Shown here in pieces: positions 29,319 through 39,071 of a stretch of 64,000 nucleotides of DNA. The notes beneath the pieces are model-generated. The model made no database searches. It had not been told where the DNA came from and saw only the letters and a program-made list of their open reading frames with translations. Positions within the stretch are counted from its first letter, which is position 1, and each line of letters begins with the position of its first letter. Both the position numbers and the translations under genes were made by a program. The stretch covers positions 373,209 to 437,208 of the forward strand of contig CBDATS010000015.1 of the NCBI GenBank assembly GCA_965200245.1, read 5' to 3'. This DNA is from a bacterium (GTDB taxonomy: Bacteria > UBA8248).

Positions 29319-29744
29319 CTACAATTCCCTCGGATGAAGCTCTTCGTATTTGCCGTGGTCGGTGTCGATGGCCGACATGTGGCGGAAAATTTCTTCATAC
29401 CCCGGCGGTGAGAATATCCACAGGAGTTTCAGGGGAACGTCACCGGTATTTCTCAAACCGTGCTTTACACCCACGGGCAAAAAGGCGGTCATCCCAGCCT
29501 TGACCTGGTAGAGTTCACCGTCCACCTCCACCTCGGCTTCACCTTCATGGAAGAAGAGAATTTCTTCTTCTTTTTCATGCAGATGGACGGGAATTCCGCC
29601 TCCGACGGGAATGTCCTGGTTTCCCATGCTGAGCATCCGGGAGTTCGTATTCCGGGGATCGATGAGGATACGCCAGCCCCGGGGCAGTTCTATATCCACC
29701 ATCTCGATCTTTTCGCCTTCGTCCCAATCGAACACGTATGACAT
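29319..29744 (-). CDS. Cupin-domain protein
   Basis: P.H.H...EE..F...G and P.GVKH...N.G cupin motifs. Confidence 0.9.
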   Translation of the reverse strand: MSYVFDWDEGEKIEMVDIELPRGWRILIDPRNTNSRMLSMGNQDIPVGGGIPVHLHEKEEEILFFHEGEAEVEVDGELYQVKAGMTAFLPVGVKHGLRNTGDVPLKLLWIFSPPGYEEIFRHMSAIDTDHGKYEELHPREL

Positions 29745-29804
29745 GCCAATACCCCTCCCCGCCTTGCGCGCGCGTGGCGTGGAGTGCGCCTCGGGAAAGG
29801 CGCG

Positions 29805-30842
29805 TCAGGCCACCGCGGGCGCGACCTCGTTGGCGAATCTCTCAAGAAACTTGAGAGATTCCTCGTGTTTCATACCGTCTCCGTACACGCCGAGAATCAC
29901 GTGATTCAGCCCAAAATCGTCTCTCAGGCGGTAAAGCTCCTGAATGTTTTCTTCCACGGAGCCGATGACGCCGCCGCCCCTCAAGAACTCGCGCACATCA
30001 AGCTTGTAACTCCAGTTGCGCTGGAGGTGCATACCCTCCTCCTCGGTGAACTCCACCTCGTTCACCCTTGCGCGGTATTCGAGGTAGGAGGAAAGGCCCC
30101 GTTCAAAGGTGCTGAGGTAATCGGCCTGCTCGTTGTCCTCACAGACGTAGAAGCGATGCGTCATGGTATAGTCGATGTCGGAAGTGTCGCCCCCCGCCGC
30201 CGCAACGGCTTCCTCATAGAGCTTCATCTTCTCACGGTATACACGGGGGCCTTTGAAGCCGGCCGAGGCCATGATCCTGAAACCGTGCGCGCCTGCGTAG
30301 GTGTAGGTTTCGGGACTCGTGCCGGCCAGCCAGATCGGAGGTCTCGGCTTCTGAAGGGGCTTGGGAAAGATTTCAACATCCTTGCACTGATAGTATTCTC
30401 CCTCGAAGGTCACCTGCTCACCTTCCAGGAGCCTCGATACGATCTCCATACCCTCGATGAGCCGCCTTCTGCTCTCTGACGGCTTTGCGCCAAACGTCTT
30501 GAACTCCCTGGGCTGGGAACCCCGCCCAACGCCGAGTTCCAGCCTTCCTCCGCTCAGGAGATCCACCACCGCCGCCTGCTCGGCGAGGCGCACCGGGTTG
30601 TGAAAGGGCATGATGGAAATAGCCGTGCCCAGACGGATGTTCCTCGTCTTTTGCGAGAGTGCCGCGCACCAGAGCAAGGGGTCCGGACACATGCCGACTT
30701 TGGAGAAATGGTGCTCTGCAAACCAAGCGCAATGATAGCCAAGTTCGTCCGCCGCCTGGCATTGTTCCATCACCTTCTGATAGGCGTCGGCTTCGGTTTC
30801 ATCCCCTTCGGGACAAATCACGTAAAAAATCGAGAATTTCAC
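29805..30842 (-). CDS. LLM-class (luciferase-like) flavin-dependent oxidoreductase
   Basis: ADELGY..AWFAEHHF, T.NIRLGT, P.RLAEQ.A..DLLS.GRLELGVGRG, PKPLQKP.PPIW, FA.EV.P. Confidence 0.93.
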   Translation of the reverse strand: MKFSIFYVICPEGDETEADAYQKVMEQCQAADELGYHCAWFAEHHFSKVGMCPDPLLWCAALSQKTRNIRLGTAISIMPFHNPVRLAEQAAVVDLLSGGRLELGVGRGSQPREFKTFGAKPSESRRRLIEGMEIVSRLLEGEQVTFEGEYYQCKDVEIFPKPLQKPRPPIWLAGTSPETYTYAGAHGFRIMASAGFKGPRVYREKMKLYEEAVAAAGGDTSDIDYTMTHRFYVCEDNEQADYLSTFERGLSSYLEYRARVNEVEFTEEEGMHLQRNWSYKLDVREFLRGGGVIGSVEENIQELYRLRDDFGLNHVILGVYGDGMKHEESLKFLERFANEVAPAVA

Positions 30843-31033
30843 CTCGCATCAACCTTTGTCTTCTATCCGCAAAGAAGAACGCGCCATCACTCACTCCCCT
30901 TCTCCGGCAATATTGTTATTGACTGGAGACCTTAAGCTACCATCTAATTCCCTGCCTGAGAAGCGCTCCCGAACCGGACGACATTTTTTTCCGACCTGGG
31001 CTAGTATGCGACATCATCCAAAGGAGGGAACAC

Positions 31034-31783
31034 ATGCGTTTCGAGAACAAGACCATCATCATCACGGGCGCAGGCGGGGGTATCGGACGGGCGAGCGCGA
31101 TCAGACTCGCGCGCGAGGGCGCATACGTCGTCTGCATGGACATCGCCGAAGCGCGCGAGGAAACCACCCGGCTCATCAAGGAAAGCGGCACCGGCGATGC
31201 AACCGCCATGGCCTATGACGCACTGAATCCGGAAGATGTGAAAAAAGTCTTCCAGGAAACCATTTCCGTGTACGGCCCCATCGACGGCCTCGTCAACTGC
31301 GTTGGCGCGGGACTTCCCCGCTCGGCGCTGGAAATCGACGAAGAGGCATTCGAGAAGATGTTCGACATGAACGTGAAGACCACTTATCGCGCCTGCTGGG
31401 CGATACTCCCCCATATGCAGGAACGAAGCAGCGGCAAAATCGTCAACTTCTCCTCGGTCGCGGGGCGCTCGGCCAGTGTGCTCCAGGGACCGCACTACTC
31501 AAGTGCGAAGGCCGCTGTCATCGGTCTGACGCGTCACCTTGCGCGTGAGTTCGGTCCCCATAACATCAACGTGAACGCGATAGCGCCAGGCGTCATCGGC
31601 ACTGAGCGCATTCTCGCCCAAATGAACGACGCGCAAAGGCAAAGAGCAGAAACCGCCACGCCTCTGGGGCGCATCGGCAGCCCTGAAGACATCGCGGGCG
31701 TCGTCGCGTTTCTTGCATCCGAGGATGCGCGCCACGTCACCGGCGTCACCATCGACGTGAACGGGGGATATTTTCTCGCTTAG
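31034..31783 (+). CDS. Short-chain dehydrogenase/reductase
   Basis: TGAGGGIG, YSSAK, NAIAPG, PLGR.G.PED, VNGG. Confidence 0.93.
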   Translation: MRFENKTIIITGAGGGIGRASAIRLAREGAYVVCMDIAEAREETTRLIKESGTGDATAMAYDALNPEDVKKVFQETISVYGPIDGLVNCVGAGLPRSALEIDEEAFEKMFDMNVKTTYRACWAILPHMQERSSGKIVNFSSVAGRSASVLQGPHYSSAKAAVIGLTRHLAREFGPHNINVNAIAPGVIGTERILAQMNDAQRQRAETATPLGRIGSPEDIAGVVAFLASEDARHVTGVTIDVNGGYFLA

Positions 31784-31816
31784 TCAGGAAAGAGATTTCT
31801 CCGGCGAACTGAAATC

Positions 31817-33961
31817 CTAGCCCTCGGGAGATTCCGCCTCCACGGGCACCGGCGCAGCAAAATCCTTAGGGCGCATCAACTGCATGGCAATCGAGACGAT
31901 CATCAAGGCCAGCCCTGTCGTCTTGTACCACATTCCGTTCCAGAACAGGGCGGCGCCTGCCGCCCCCATGAGAATGCGGTCGAATGTCGTCAGGATGCGC
32001 AGGAAATAACCTTCCAGAGCCGCCGAGGTGCAGATAAAGCCCAGGGCCGCACTCACCCATACAAGGATGACCTGGTCCCAAGGTCCGTTGATCAGAATCG
32101 GCGTGTAAGCCATCAGGAGCGGCACGACGTAGAGCGGCTTCGCCAGCTTGAGAGATATGAAGCCCGTGCGCATGGGATCACACTGCGCGACGCCCGCGGC
32201 CACAAACGCACCGAGAGCGAAGGGAGGCGTAAGAGCGGCATCCTGACTCAGCCACAGGATGATCATGTGCGCGGTGAACATCGAGAGACCAAAGTCCATG
32301 AGTGCGGGACCGGCCAGGATGGCGATGAGAATGTAGCTCGCCGTAATCGTCATCCCCATACCCAGGATGTAACTGGCCAGTGCCACCAGAGCCACCGCCA
32401 GCCAGAGCATGTTGTTCGAATAGGAAAGAATGATGGCCGTCATCTTTTGCGCCAGATCGGGATGCGTGACGCCGGTCAGCACGAGTCCCATGACGCCTGC
32501 CGTCGCACCGATGACGAGCGAATTGACCGAACCCGTAACGAAGGCTTCGCCGATTTCGGAAACGATGCGACGTGCCTCCTGGTGCCGCCAGGCCAGGAAG
32601 CAACCGATCAAAACATAGAGATACACCGCGTCGCCGCCATAGAGGATGCTGGCAACGAAAACGGCCGCCTGCAACCCTACCAGATACCAGCACTTCTGTT
32701 TGATGGTACTCACTACGATGGAAGCGACGATGGCCCAGAAGCCCGCGAAAAAAGGCGAGAACTGCAAAATCAGGAGCATGATGAGCAAGGCGATGGGGAG
32801 AAGCAATATCCCGTCTTTTCTCAGCACACCCCAGAAATCAGGCAACTCGTCCTTGGTGAGGCCTTGCAAGTTGTTCTTGCTAGCGTAGTAGTGAACCGAC
32901 ATGAAGACCGAAAGATAATAGAGCATGGCGGGCACGAGGCTCACGAGCGCGACCTTGTAGTAGGGCGTTTCGGTCATCGCAGCGAGGATGAAAGCGGCCG
33001 ACGCCATGATGGGAGGCATCAGGTGGCCGCCGATGCTGGCCACCGCCTCGGTCGCTGCGGCGTAGGTGGCCCGGAAACCCGCTCGCTTCATGAGGGGGAT
33101 CGTGAAAGTTCCGGTGATGACGATGTTCGCCGCCCCGCTGCCCACGATGGACCCGACGAGACCGCTCGACACCACAGCCGCCTTCGCCGCTCCGCCCTTG
33201 AATCGTCCCACGAGCGCGAAGGCGAGATCGACGAACACGTCCCCCACCCTCGTGGCCTGAAGGAGCGCACCGAAAATCAGGAAGATGAACACCACCTGCG
33301 CATAAACGCGGGTGATGACACCATAAATGCCCGACTGGCTGTAGAGATAGCCCATCACGTAGCCGAACTCGGCACCCTTGTGCGAGAGCAATCCGGGGAA
33401 TATCGGCCCCGCCCAGTCGTAGAACAGAAATACGACGGCGACAATCGGCAGCACCAGGCCGAGCACGCGACGGCACGTCTCCCATACGAGGCATGCGGCC
33501 ATGAAGCCGAACACCACGTCGTTCCACTCCACGATGCCCGCCCGGGCACCCCTGTCGTCATAGAAATACATGAACTCGCACATGATGACGAAACTCAGAA
33601 CGCACCAGAGCACGTCGAACCCCGACGGCCTGTCTTTCGGCGAACTGTCCCTGCAGGGATAGAGCATGAAAGTGAGAACGGAAGTAAGGCATATGAATAT
33701 AGGCAGGGAGAACTGCTCCCCGTAATACGGGATGTAGGGAAATTCAAGTTGCACCAGTTTCAGGCTTCTGGGGCCGAAGACCGTGAAGCTTCCGTTAACC
33801 GCGCCGAAAAGAAAATACGCCGCGAATATGAAGCCCACCACGCGAAGCGCCCAGAGCGAATTCCCGCTCAATGTCCTCGTCGTGGCGAGGCCAGCCCCGA
33901 GGAAACTACCGATTTTTTCCAAGACGCTGCGAAAACTCAATGCACGATCCTCCAGGGACAA
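31817..33961 (-). CDS. TAXI-TRAP transporter fused 4TM/12TM permease
   Basis: GGAAKAAVVSS...GS..GS..AN...TG.FTIPLMK, EA.AS.GG..MPPIM, LGMG, TPP.AL.AF.AA. Confidence 0.92.
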   Translation of the reverse strand: MSLEDRALSFRSVLEKIGSFLGAGLATTRTLSGNSLWALRVVGFIFAAYFLFGAVNGSFTVFGPRSLKLVQLEFPYIPYYGEQFSLPIFICLTSVLTFMLYPCRDSSPKDRPSGFDVLWCVLSFVIMCEFMYFYDDRGARAGIVEWNDVVFGFMAACLVWETCRRVLGLVLPIVAVVFLFYDWAGPIFPGLLSHKGAEFGYVMGYLYSQSGIYGVITRVYAQVVFIFLIFGALLQATRVGDVFVDLAFALVGRFKGGAAKAAVVSSGLVGSIVGSGAANIVITGTFTIPLMKRAGFRATYAAATEAVASIGGHLMPPIMASAAFILAAMTETPYYKVALVSLVPAMLYYLSVFMSVHYYASKNNLQGLTKDELPDFWGVLRKDGILLLPIALLIMLLILQFSPFFAGFWAIVASIVVSTIKQKCWYLVGLQAAVFVASILYGGDAVYLYVLIGCFLAWRHQEARRIVSEIGEAFVTGSVNSLVIGATAGVMGLVLTGVTHPDLAQKMTAIILSYSNNMLWLAVALVALASYILGMGMTITASYILIAILAGPALMDFGLSMFTAHMIILWLSQDAALTPPFALGAFVAAGVAQCDPMRTGFISLKLAKPLYVVPLLMAYTPILINGPWDQVILVWVSAALGFICTSAALEGYFLRILTTFDRILMGAAGAALFWNGMWYKTTGLALMIVSIAMQLMRPKDFAAPVPVEAESPEG

Positions 33962-34009
33962 TACTGTGCCCCCACCAAGGTGCTTTCGGCAAAAACGAGC
34001 TGCTCGTCA

Positions 34010-34051
34010 CATCCACTGGCCGGAGAGAGAAAATCCCTCGGCCAGTGGATG
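34010..34051 (-). other. Intercistronic stem-loop after the TAXI binding-protein gene
   Basis: CATCCACTGGCCG / CGGCCAGTGGATG perfect 13-bp inverted repeat. Confidence 0.65.
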
Positions 34052-34062
34052 ATCAGGACTTC

Positions 34063-35043
34063 TTACTTGTTCGGCAATTTGTAGCCGACTTCCTTCCAAT
34101 AACGCTCGGCACCCGGATGCACCTTCAGGTTAATAGCGGCCATTCCTTTCAGATCCGGAGCCGTTACGAAACCCGAAGCCCAGCCCTTGTGGACTTTCAG
34201 CAGGAACTCGCGACCCTTTTTCGAGAAATTGATGCGCGCCACCTCATAAACGACATCGTTGGGCACGTTGCAGCCCACGATGGTCCACGCGGCATAGCCG
34301 ATTGTGGGCACCGGCTTGTCGACCCCGTTGTAGGCATTCTTGACGATGGTAGTCTTGAAATAAGCCGCGTTCGACTTGAGAAGTCCGTCACCTACTTTTC
34401 CGTCAACGGGAACGAGGGTGATGGGCAGCGAGGTCGCCAGCTTCAGGACAGCCGGCGAGGGCACGGGGTTCGGGATGGTGAAGGCGTCCAGACGTCCGTC
34501 CTTGATGGCGTCCGCCGCCACGTTCCAGTTCAGGTTCTCCTCGCGCACCTTGATTCCGGCGAGCGCCACGACGGTTCGCGTCATGAAGTGTGTGCTGCTG
34601 CCCCGGCGCGCGAAGCTCACGCGCTTGCCGTTCAGGTCGGCGACCGTCTTGATGCCCGAATCCTTTCTCACGGCGATGTGAAACTGCGAGACCGTGCCGG
34701 GTCCAAAGCCACACACATTCTTGTAGGGCTTTTTGAACATCTTCTTGCCCTTCAGCGCCAAGTCCACGAGCGTGGCCACACCCAGGGCGAACTCGGCCTT
34801 GCCGTTTTCAACCAGACGAATATCTTCCACCGCGCCGCGCGTGGTGAGGTTGTTCATCTCGACGGTCTTTGATTCCTTGGATACCAAAGCCGCGAGACCT
34901 CCCCAGATAACGTAGGCGGCAGCACCGGGCGCAGCGCCTGCGACCGAGGTCTTGATGCGGGCGGCCTCGGCGCCCGAGAACGACAGGCCGACCGCCAACG
35001 TGAACGCGACTGCTGCAATTGCAGCGTTTCTGAGATACTTCAT
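34063..35043 (-). CDS. TAXI-family TRAP solute-binding protein
   Basis: AGGAGGAG before ATG 35043. Signal peptide, T.GAVE..RL, SGIKTVADL.GKRV, G.LDA, HPGA.RY.KE.G. Confidence 0.92.
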   Translation of the reverse strand: MKYLRNAAIAAVAFTLAVGLSFSGAEAARIKTSVAGAAPGAAAYVIWGGLAALVSKESKTVEMNNLTTRGAVEDIRLVENGKAEFALGVATLVDLALKGKKMFKKPYKNVCGFGPGTVSQFHIAVRKDSGIKTVADLNGKRVSFARRGSSTHFMTRTVVALAGIKVREENLNWNVAADAIKDGRLDAFTIPNPVPSPAVLKLATSLPITLVPVDGKVGDGLLKSNAAYFKTTIVKNAYNGVDKPVPTIGYAAWTIVGCNVPNDVVYEVARINFSKKGREFLLKVHKGWASGFVTAPDLKGMAAINLKVHPGAERYWKEVGYKLPNK

Positions 35044-35119
35044 CTGTTTCTCCTCCTTGGTGAATAGTGTAATGCCACGAAATAAAACGATTCCCGGAAC
35101 GCCTGCAACAATGCGAGAA

Positions 35120-35608
35120 TCAGGAACCCTCCCCTTCCTCGCGAAACATATCAATATCGCAATAGAGTTCGATGTAGTTTCCATCCGGATCGCAGAAATA
35201 AAAGGCGCGGTTCCCGCTGCCCTGTGCGAACCCGTCTCCTTCGGGACCGTGGACCAAAGGGCCGTATTCGATCCTGACCCCGCACTCCTTCACGTGGAGA
35301 AGTGCCTTGAGCCACTCTCCCCTGTTCGGAAGTTCGAAAGCCACGTGCTGAAAACCCGCCCTGGTCTCCGACATGGAATTGCCTGATTCGGGATACAGCC
35401 CCGCGGCCTCCTCCGGGGCCTAGAAGAAGACGACTTCATGATGGGTGACATCGCATCTCAAAAATACGGAAGCGCCTCCCGGCACCTTTGCACCAGGACC
35501 GCTCCTGCTCGTTACCTTGAAACCCAGCACGCGAGTATAGAAATCTTCCATCCTGGCCAGATCTTTCGTCCAGAAGCCGACGTGCCCGATTTTCGTGATC
35601 TTGAACAT
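35120..35608 (-). pseudogene. VOC-family protein interrupted by one in-frame TAG (35420-35422)
   Basis: IGHVG, FY..VLGF, FLRC...HHE, then TAG, then in frame FQHVAF...GPLVHGP...YFCDPDGN.IE. Confidence 0.8.
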
Positions 35609-35807
35609 ATAAAGCCGGTTCACGATGGCAGAGACGCCGGACGGAAAACATATGGAATAGACCCGCCTTCTCGGCCCCGCAAACACCCTCTGAATAAAAA
35701 TACCGATGAGGGAGAACCTTAAACCACACAGGAGCACAAAAGCAAGAAAGCCCATAGTCATGCGATGAAAAGCCGGCCCGGATGCGGGAATGTTCGGGCA
35801 AGTACGT

Positions 35808-37172
35808 TCAACTCCCCTCATTGATTTCCGGAAATTCAGAGACCCAGCCCAGTTCCGCCTCGCACCAGCGGGCAGAGGAGAGAAGAGCGGCTTCACTGAA
35901 GCGGCGTCCGCCAAGTTGAATCCCGATCGGCAGGTTCTCATCTCCCCGGCCGACGGGAAGCGTGATGGCCGGAAATCCGATTTGCGTGAAAGGTTCGTTG
36001 AACAGGGCGTTTCCGGTGGATTCCTCAGCGATGGGGGGACGTTCCACATGGGAGGGCAAAACGACGAGATCGTAGTCCTGGATGAAATTCTCCATCCGCT
36101 CAATAAAGCGCGCGCGAAAGCGCAGGGCGTTCACGTAATGAACTGCAGGCGTCATCAGACCCGTGGAAATGTTTTTTCGAATATGGGGAGAATAAGCGTC
36201 CTGATTCTCCAGGAACATCCTGTCGTGATAGGCGGCCGCCTCAACGCGCATTATGATGCGGTGCGCCGCGTGCATCTCCTCCACGTCCACGGGCAGCCTC
36301 CCTTCTTCCACGTCGACGCCTTTGGCCTTCATGCTCGCCACGCATTCCTTGATGCGACCAGCCACCTCCTCGCTCGCGTGCGGGAGAAGGCCCTCTTTCC
36401 AGAAACAAACCCGTTCCGGCCTCATGGGTGCAGACGCTTCGGCGTAATCGGGCACGTCGACTTCCGGCGACTGGGTGTCTCGCCCGTCCGCTCCCGAAAT
36501 GGCTGTAAGTACCCGCGCCGCATCCACAGCGCATCTCGTGATGATGCCGACATGGTCCAGGTTCCACGATACTGAAATCAGCCCGCTCCTCGGTATCCGG
36601 CCATACGTGGGTTTCAAGCCCACCACGCCGCAAAACGCAGAAGGCCGCAGGGTCGATCCGCCAGTCTGGCTGCCAAGCGCCGCCGGGACCATTCCTGCGG
36701 CGACAGCGGCCGCAGAACCACTGCTCGATCCGCCCGGGCTTCGCTTCAGATTCCATGGATTTCGTGTTTGCGAGGGATCAGAGGTGGCAAACTGCGTTGT
36801 GACCGTCTTGCCGAGACAAATCGCACCCGCATCCTTGAGACGTGTCGTGACGGTGGCGTCTTCATCCGGAATATCACCCTTGAGCAGCGGAGAGTTCGCC
36901 TCGCGCGGCAGGCCGACGACATCCACGATATCCTTATAGCCAATGGCGGCACCCCCGAGTGAGCCGCTCTCCTGACCTGCGGCAAGACGCTCATCAATCG
37001 CCTTTGCGCCCGCGAGTGCGCCTCCCCTGTCCACGTGTGCCCACGCCAGAATCTTTTCCTCCAGCATATCGATCCGATCCAGCAAGGAACGCGTCCATGC
37101 AGTAGCGGACAAACCGCCATCGTTGATGCTCATGAGCCCATCAGAAAGGCTCAAACGCCAATATTCACTCAT
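35808..37172 (-). CDS. Amidase-signature family enzyme (GatA/AtzE-like)
   Basis: Catalytic Lys in G.KDI, GKT.T..FA, PGGSSSGSAAAVA, GSQTGGS.LRPS..CG..GLKPT.GR. Confidence 0.93.
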   Translation of the reverse strand: MSEYWRLSLSDGLMSINDGGLSATAWTRSLLDRIDMLEEKILAWAHVDRGGALAGAKAIDERLAAGQESGSLGGAAIGYKDIVDVVGLPREANSPLLKGDIPDEDATVTTRLKDAGAICLGKTVTTQFATSDPSQTRNPWNLKRSPGGSSSGSAAAVAAGMVPAALGSQTGGSTLRPSAFCGVVGLKPTYGRIPRSGLISVSWNLDHVGIITRCAVDAARVLTAISGADGRDTQSPEVDVPDYAEASAPMRPERVCFWKEGLLPHASEEVAGRIKECVASMKAKGVDVEEGRLPVDVEEMHAAHRIIMRVEAAAYHDRMFLENQDAYSPHIRKNISTGLMTPAVHYVNALRFRARFIERMENFIQDYDLVVLPSHVERPPIAEESTGNALFNEPFTQIGFPAITLPVGRGDENLPIGIQLGGRRFSEAALLSSARWCEAELGWVSEFPEINEGS

Positions 37173-37201
37173 TTGTCACTCCCCTGCTTTTGTATTGCTC
37201 G

Positions 37202-37381
37202 TCATGGTCGCCTGTCGAGTTCTTCCAGTTTCTCCAGTATCCTCACCAGATGAGATTTTCCCCCTGCCGGTGGCCGCCAACGCACATGCGTGACGGGCAC
37301 ATTCTGGTCCTTCAACTCATCCGCAAATGTCTCCAGGCCCAGATTCACGGCCCGAAGCGTCGTATTGCCCAAATCCTTCAT
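37202..37381 (-). CDS. Small FdrA C-terminal-domain protein, 59 aa (not in the ORF track)
   Basis: Manual translation MKDLGNTTLRAVNLGLETFADELKDQNVPVTHVRWRPPAGGKSHLVRILEKL... fits the VINIGL..F..L...V....W.P.AGG tail of full-length FdrA. Starts 3 nt after the fdrA stop. Confidence 0.8.
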   Translation of the reverse strand: MKDLGNTTLRAVNLGLETFADELKDQNVPVTHVRWRPPAGGKSHLVRILEKLEELDRRP

Positions 37382-37384
37382 GAC

Positions 37385-38884
37385 TTACTCAACCCCGAGC
37401 AATTCCGGCTTTGCCAGTGCAGCGGCGAAACGCGTCGCCTGTGCGTTTGACGGAAGAACCGTTACGCCTGCACCCTGCAAAATTTTGACCTGCTCTTCGA
37501 ACCCTTGCGGATCCTCCGCCGTGCCCACCACTGAAGCGACGAAGAGCGGACCTCTCTCCTGCCCATTGGCCTTACGTATCACCTCTGCCAGAGGACCCGC
37601 CGGTTCCTGTGCGCTCGCCCTGCCCAATATCAGATCGAACAAGACGATACTGACACCATCGTCTCCCGCGCATTGCGCAATCATCTCCGATCGGGGTTCG
37701 GGGTCGATCATGGGATGTGGTTTCCCCACCGTATAGCGATCGTCACCCAGGTCGAGAATTCTGTGGCGACCCGCATCCCCGTTCCAGGACACTTCCCCGA
37801 GCAACCTCTTCAGAATCAGATGGCTCTCGTGGGCAAGCGTACCTCCCGAGAAAAGTCCAAGAATACCCCCCCTCGCAGGTTCCCCTTTCGGATTCAGGGC
37901 ATTGATTTTCTCTTTCACTTCTGCCTGAGTGAAAAAATTCTCCGGCCTGCAGGTTTCGCCTCTCAACATTGCCGCCACGGCGTTGCCGGCATCTTCCAAC
38001 GTTTCGGCCCACCCGGGATTCTCCGTACCGAGAAAACAGACGACATGCGGCTTGCCAAAGGTTTCGAGCGCCTCTTCGATCCTGGGCAGAACTTCCGCAC
38101 CGGGCGGCTTGGATATGAGTACGACTATTTCCGTACAGGCATCTTTCGACAGGAAATCAAGCGCGTGGAGTGTCATCAGCCCCCCCACTTTGGCGGACAA
38201 ATCACGTCCGCCCACTCCGATTCCGTGGGATATCCCCTCGCCCAGAGCATCGAGTTGCGAAGCCACGGCCTGCAACCCCGTACCCGAGGCGGCGATGCAG
38301 CCCACGCGTCCCGGCTTCACCACGTTGGCGAAGCCCAGGCCCACGCCACCGATATACGCCGTTCCGCAGTCGGGACCCATCAGGAGCAAACCGCGCTCTA
38401 TCGCTTCTTGCTTGAGCGTCACCTCGTCATCCACAGGCACGTTATCGCTGAACAGGAACACATGAAGCCCGTTTCGAATGGCACGCATCGTTTCTTTCGC
38501 AGCATAGTCACCGGGTATGGAGATCATCGCCAGATTGGCACCAGGCACTGCGGCGATTGCTCCCTCCAGACTTGATGGCAAAAAATCGCTTCCACCATTG
38601 CGTATTTCACCCGCTTGCGTGAGAAATGCCCTGGCCTCCTCAATTGCCATATGCGCGAGTGCTTGCGAATCCGCCTCCACGGCGAGAATCAAATCGTTCG
38701 GCCCGGCATCGATCTCGTCATCTGCGGTCAATCCCGCCTGCAGCAGAATCTCCAGATTCGCAGGCGTGCCCATGAGCGCTGCTACCTCGCTGACACCCGG
38801 CTTTTTGCCGATCTCGCGCGCGAGGCACATGAGTTTCACGGAATCCTGATAGGAAGAATGCAGGACAATCCTTGCGACCGGCAA
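37385..38884 (-). CDS. fdrA: FdrA (AllF)-family acyl-CoA-synthetase-like protein
   Basis: YQDSV.LM, MGTPAN, IS.PG.YAA, FLFSDNV, MGPDCGT, ASGTG.Q, G.GGRDL, GLFSGGTL, DLGDD.YT.G.PHPMIDP. Confidence 0.9.
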   Translation of the reverse strand: MPVARIVLHSSYQDSVKLMCLAREIGKKPGVSEVAALMGTPANLEILLQAGLTADDEIDAGPNDLILAVEADSQALAHMAIEEARAFLTQAGEIRNGGSDFLPSSLEGAIAAVPGANLAMISIPGDYAAKETMRAIRNGLHVFLFSDNVPVDDEVTLKQEAIERGLLLMGPDCGTAYIGGVGLGFANVVKPGRVGCIAASGTGLQAVASQLDALGEGISHGIGVGGRDLSAKVGGLMTLHALDFLSKDACTEIVVLISKPPGAEVLPRIEEALETFGKPHVVCFLGTENPGWAETLEDAGNAVAAMLRGETCRPENFFTQAEVKEKINALNPKGEPARGGILGLFSGGTLAHESHLILKRLLGEVSWNGDAGRHRILDLGDDRYTVGKPHPMIDPEPRSEMIAQCAGDDGVSIVLFDLILGRASAQEPAGPLAEVIRKANGQERGPLFVASVVGTAEDPQGFEEQVKILQGAGVTVLPSNAQATRFAAALAKPELLGVE

Positions 38885-38888
38885 TTTC

Positions 38889-39071
38889 TTATTCTGCTTG
38901 TGCGGGTGCGACGAAAGGCTCTTGCATTTTTTCGATGGAAGCAGCCGAGAGCGTGTGTATCATCTCCGCCACTTCTTCGGCATACGCCGCAACACGCTCC
39001 TCATCTTCGAGGCCGAAGACCTCCCGCCCCATGTCAGCGAGTTGTACGGCGATCCCGGATTTCTCGTTCAT
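38889..39071 (-). CDS. Small helical protein, 60 aa, possibly a GatC/AtzG-like amidase partner
   Basis: GAGAGGA ribosome-binding site; ATG overlaps the ubiX stop. Pattern GL...R...........L.......EP near the C-terminus. Confidence 0.55.
   Translation of the reverse strand: MNEKSGIAVQLADMGREVFGLEDEERVAAYAEEVAEMIHTLSAASIEKMQEPFVAPAQAE

Noticed and set aside
35420-35422. Pyrrolysine or genome-wide TAG-to-Gln recoding (also TAGs at 2521 and 2626)
   Set aside because: Many intact genes here end in TAG (hemB, pyrD, the ABC binding protein), the site is not catalytic, and no pyl genes are seen. C-to-T nonsense mutation is simpler.
35808-37172. gatA of the tRNA amidotransferase
   Set aside because: No gatB nearby, catabolic context, and GatA-specific motifs such as DEFAMGS are absent.
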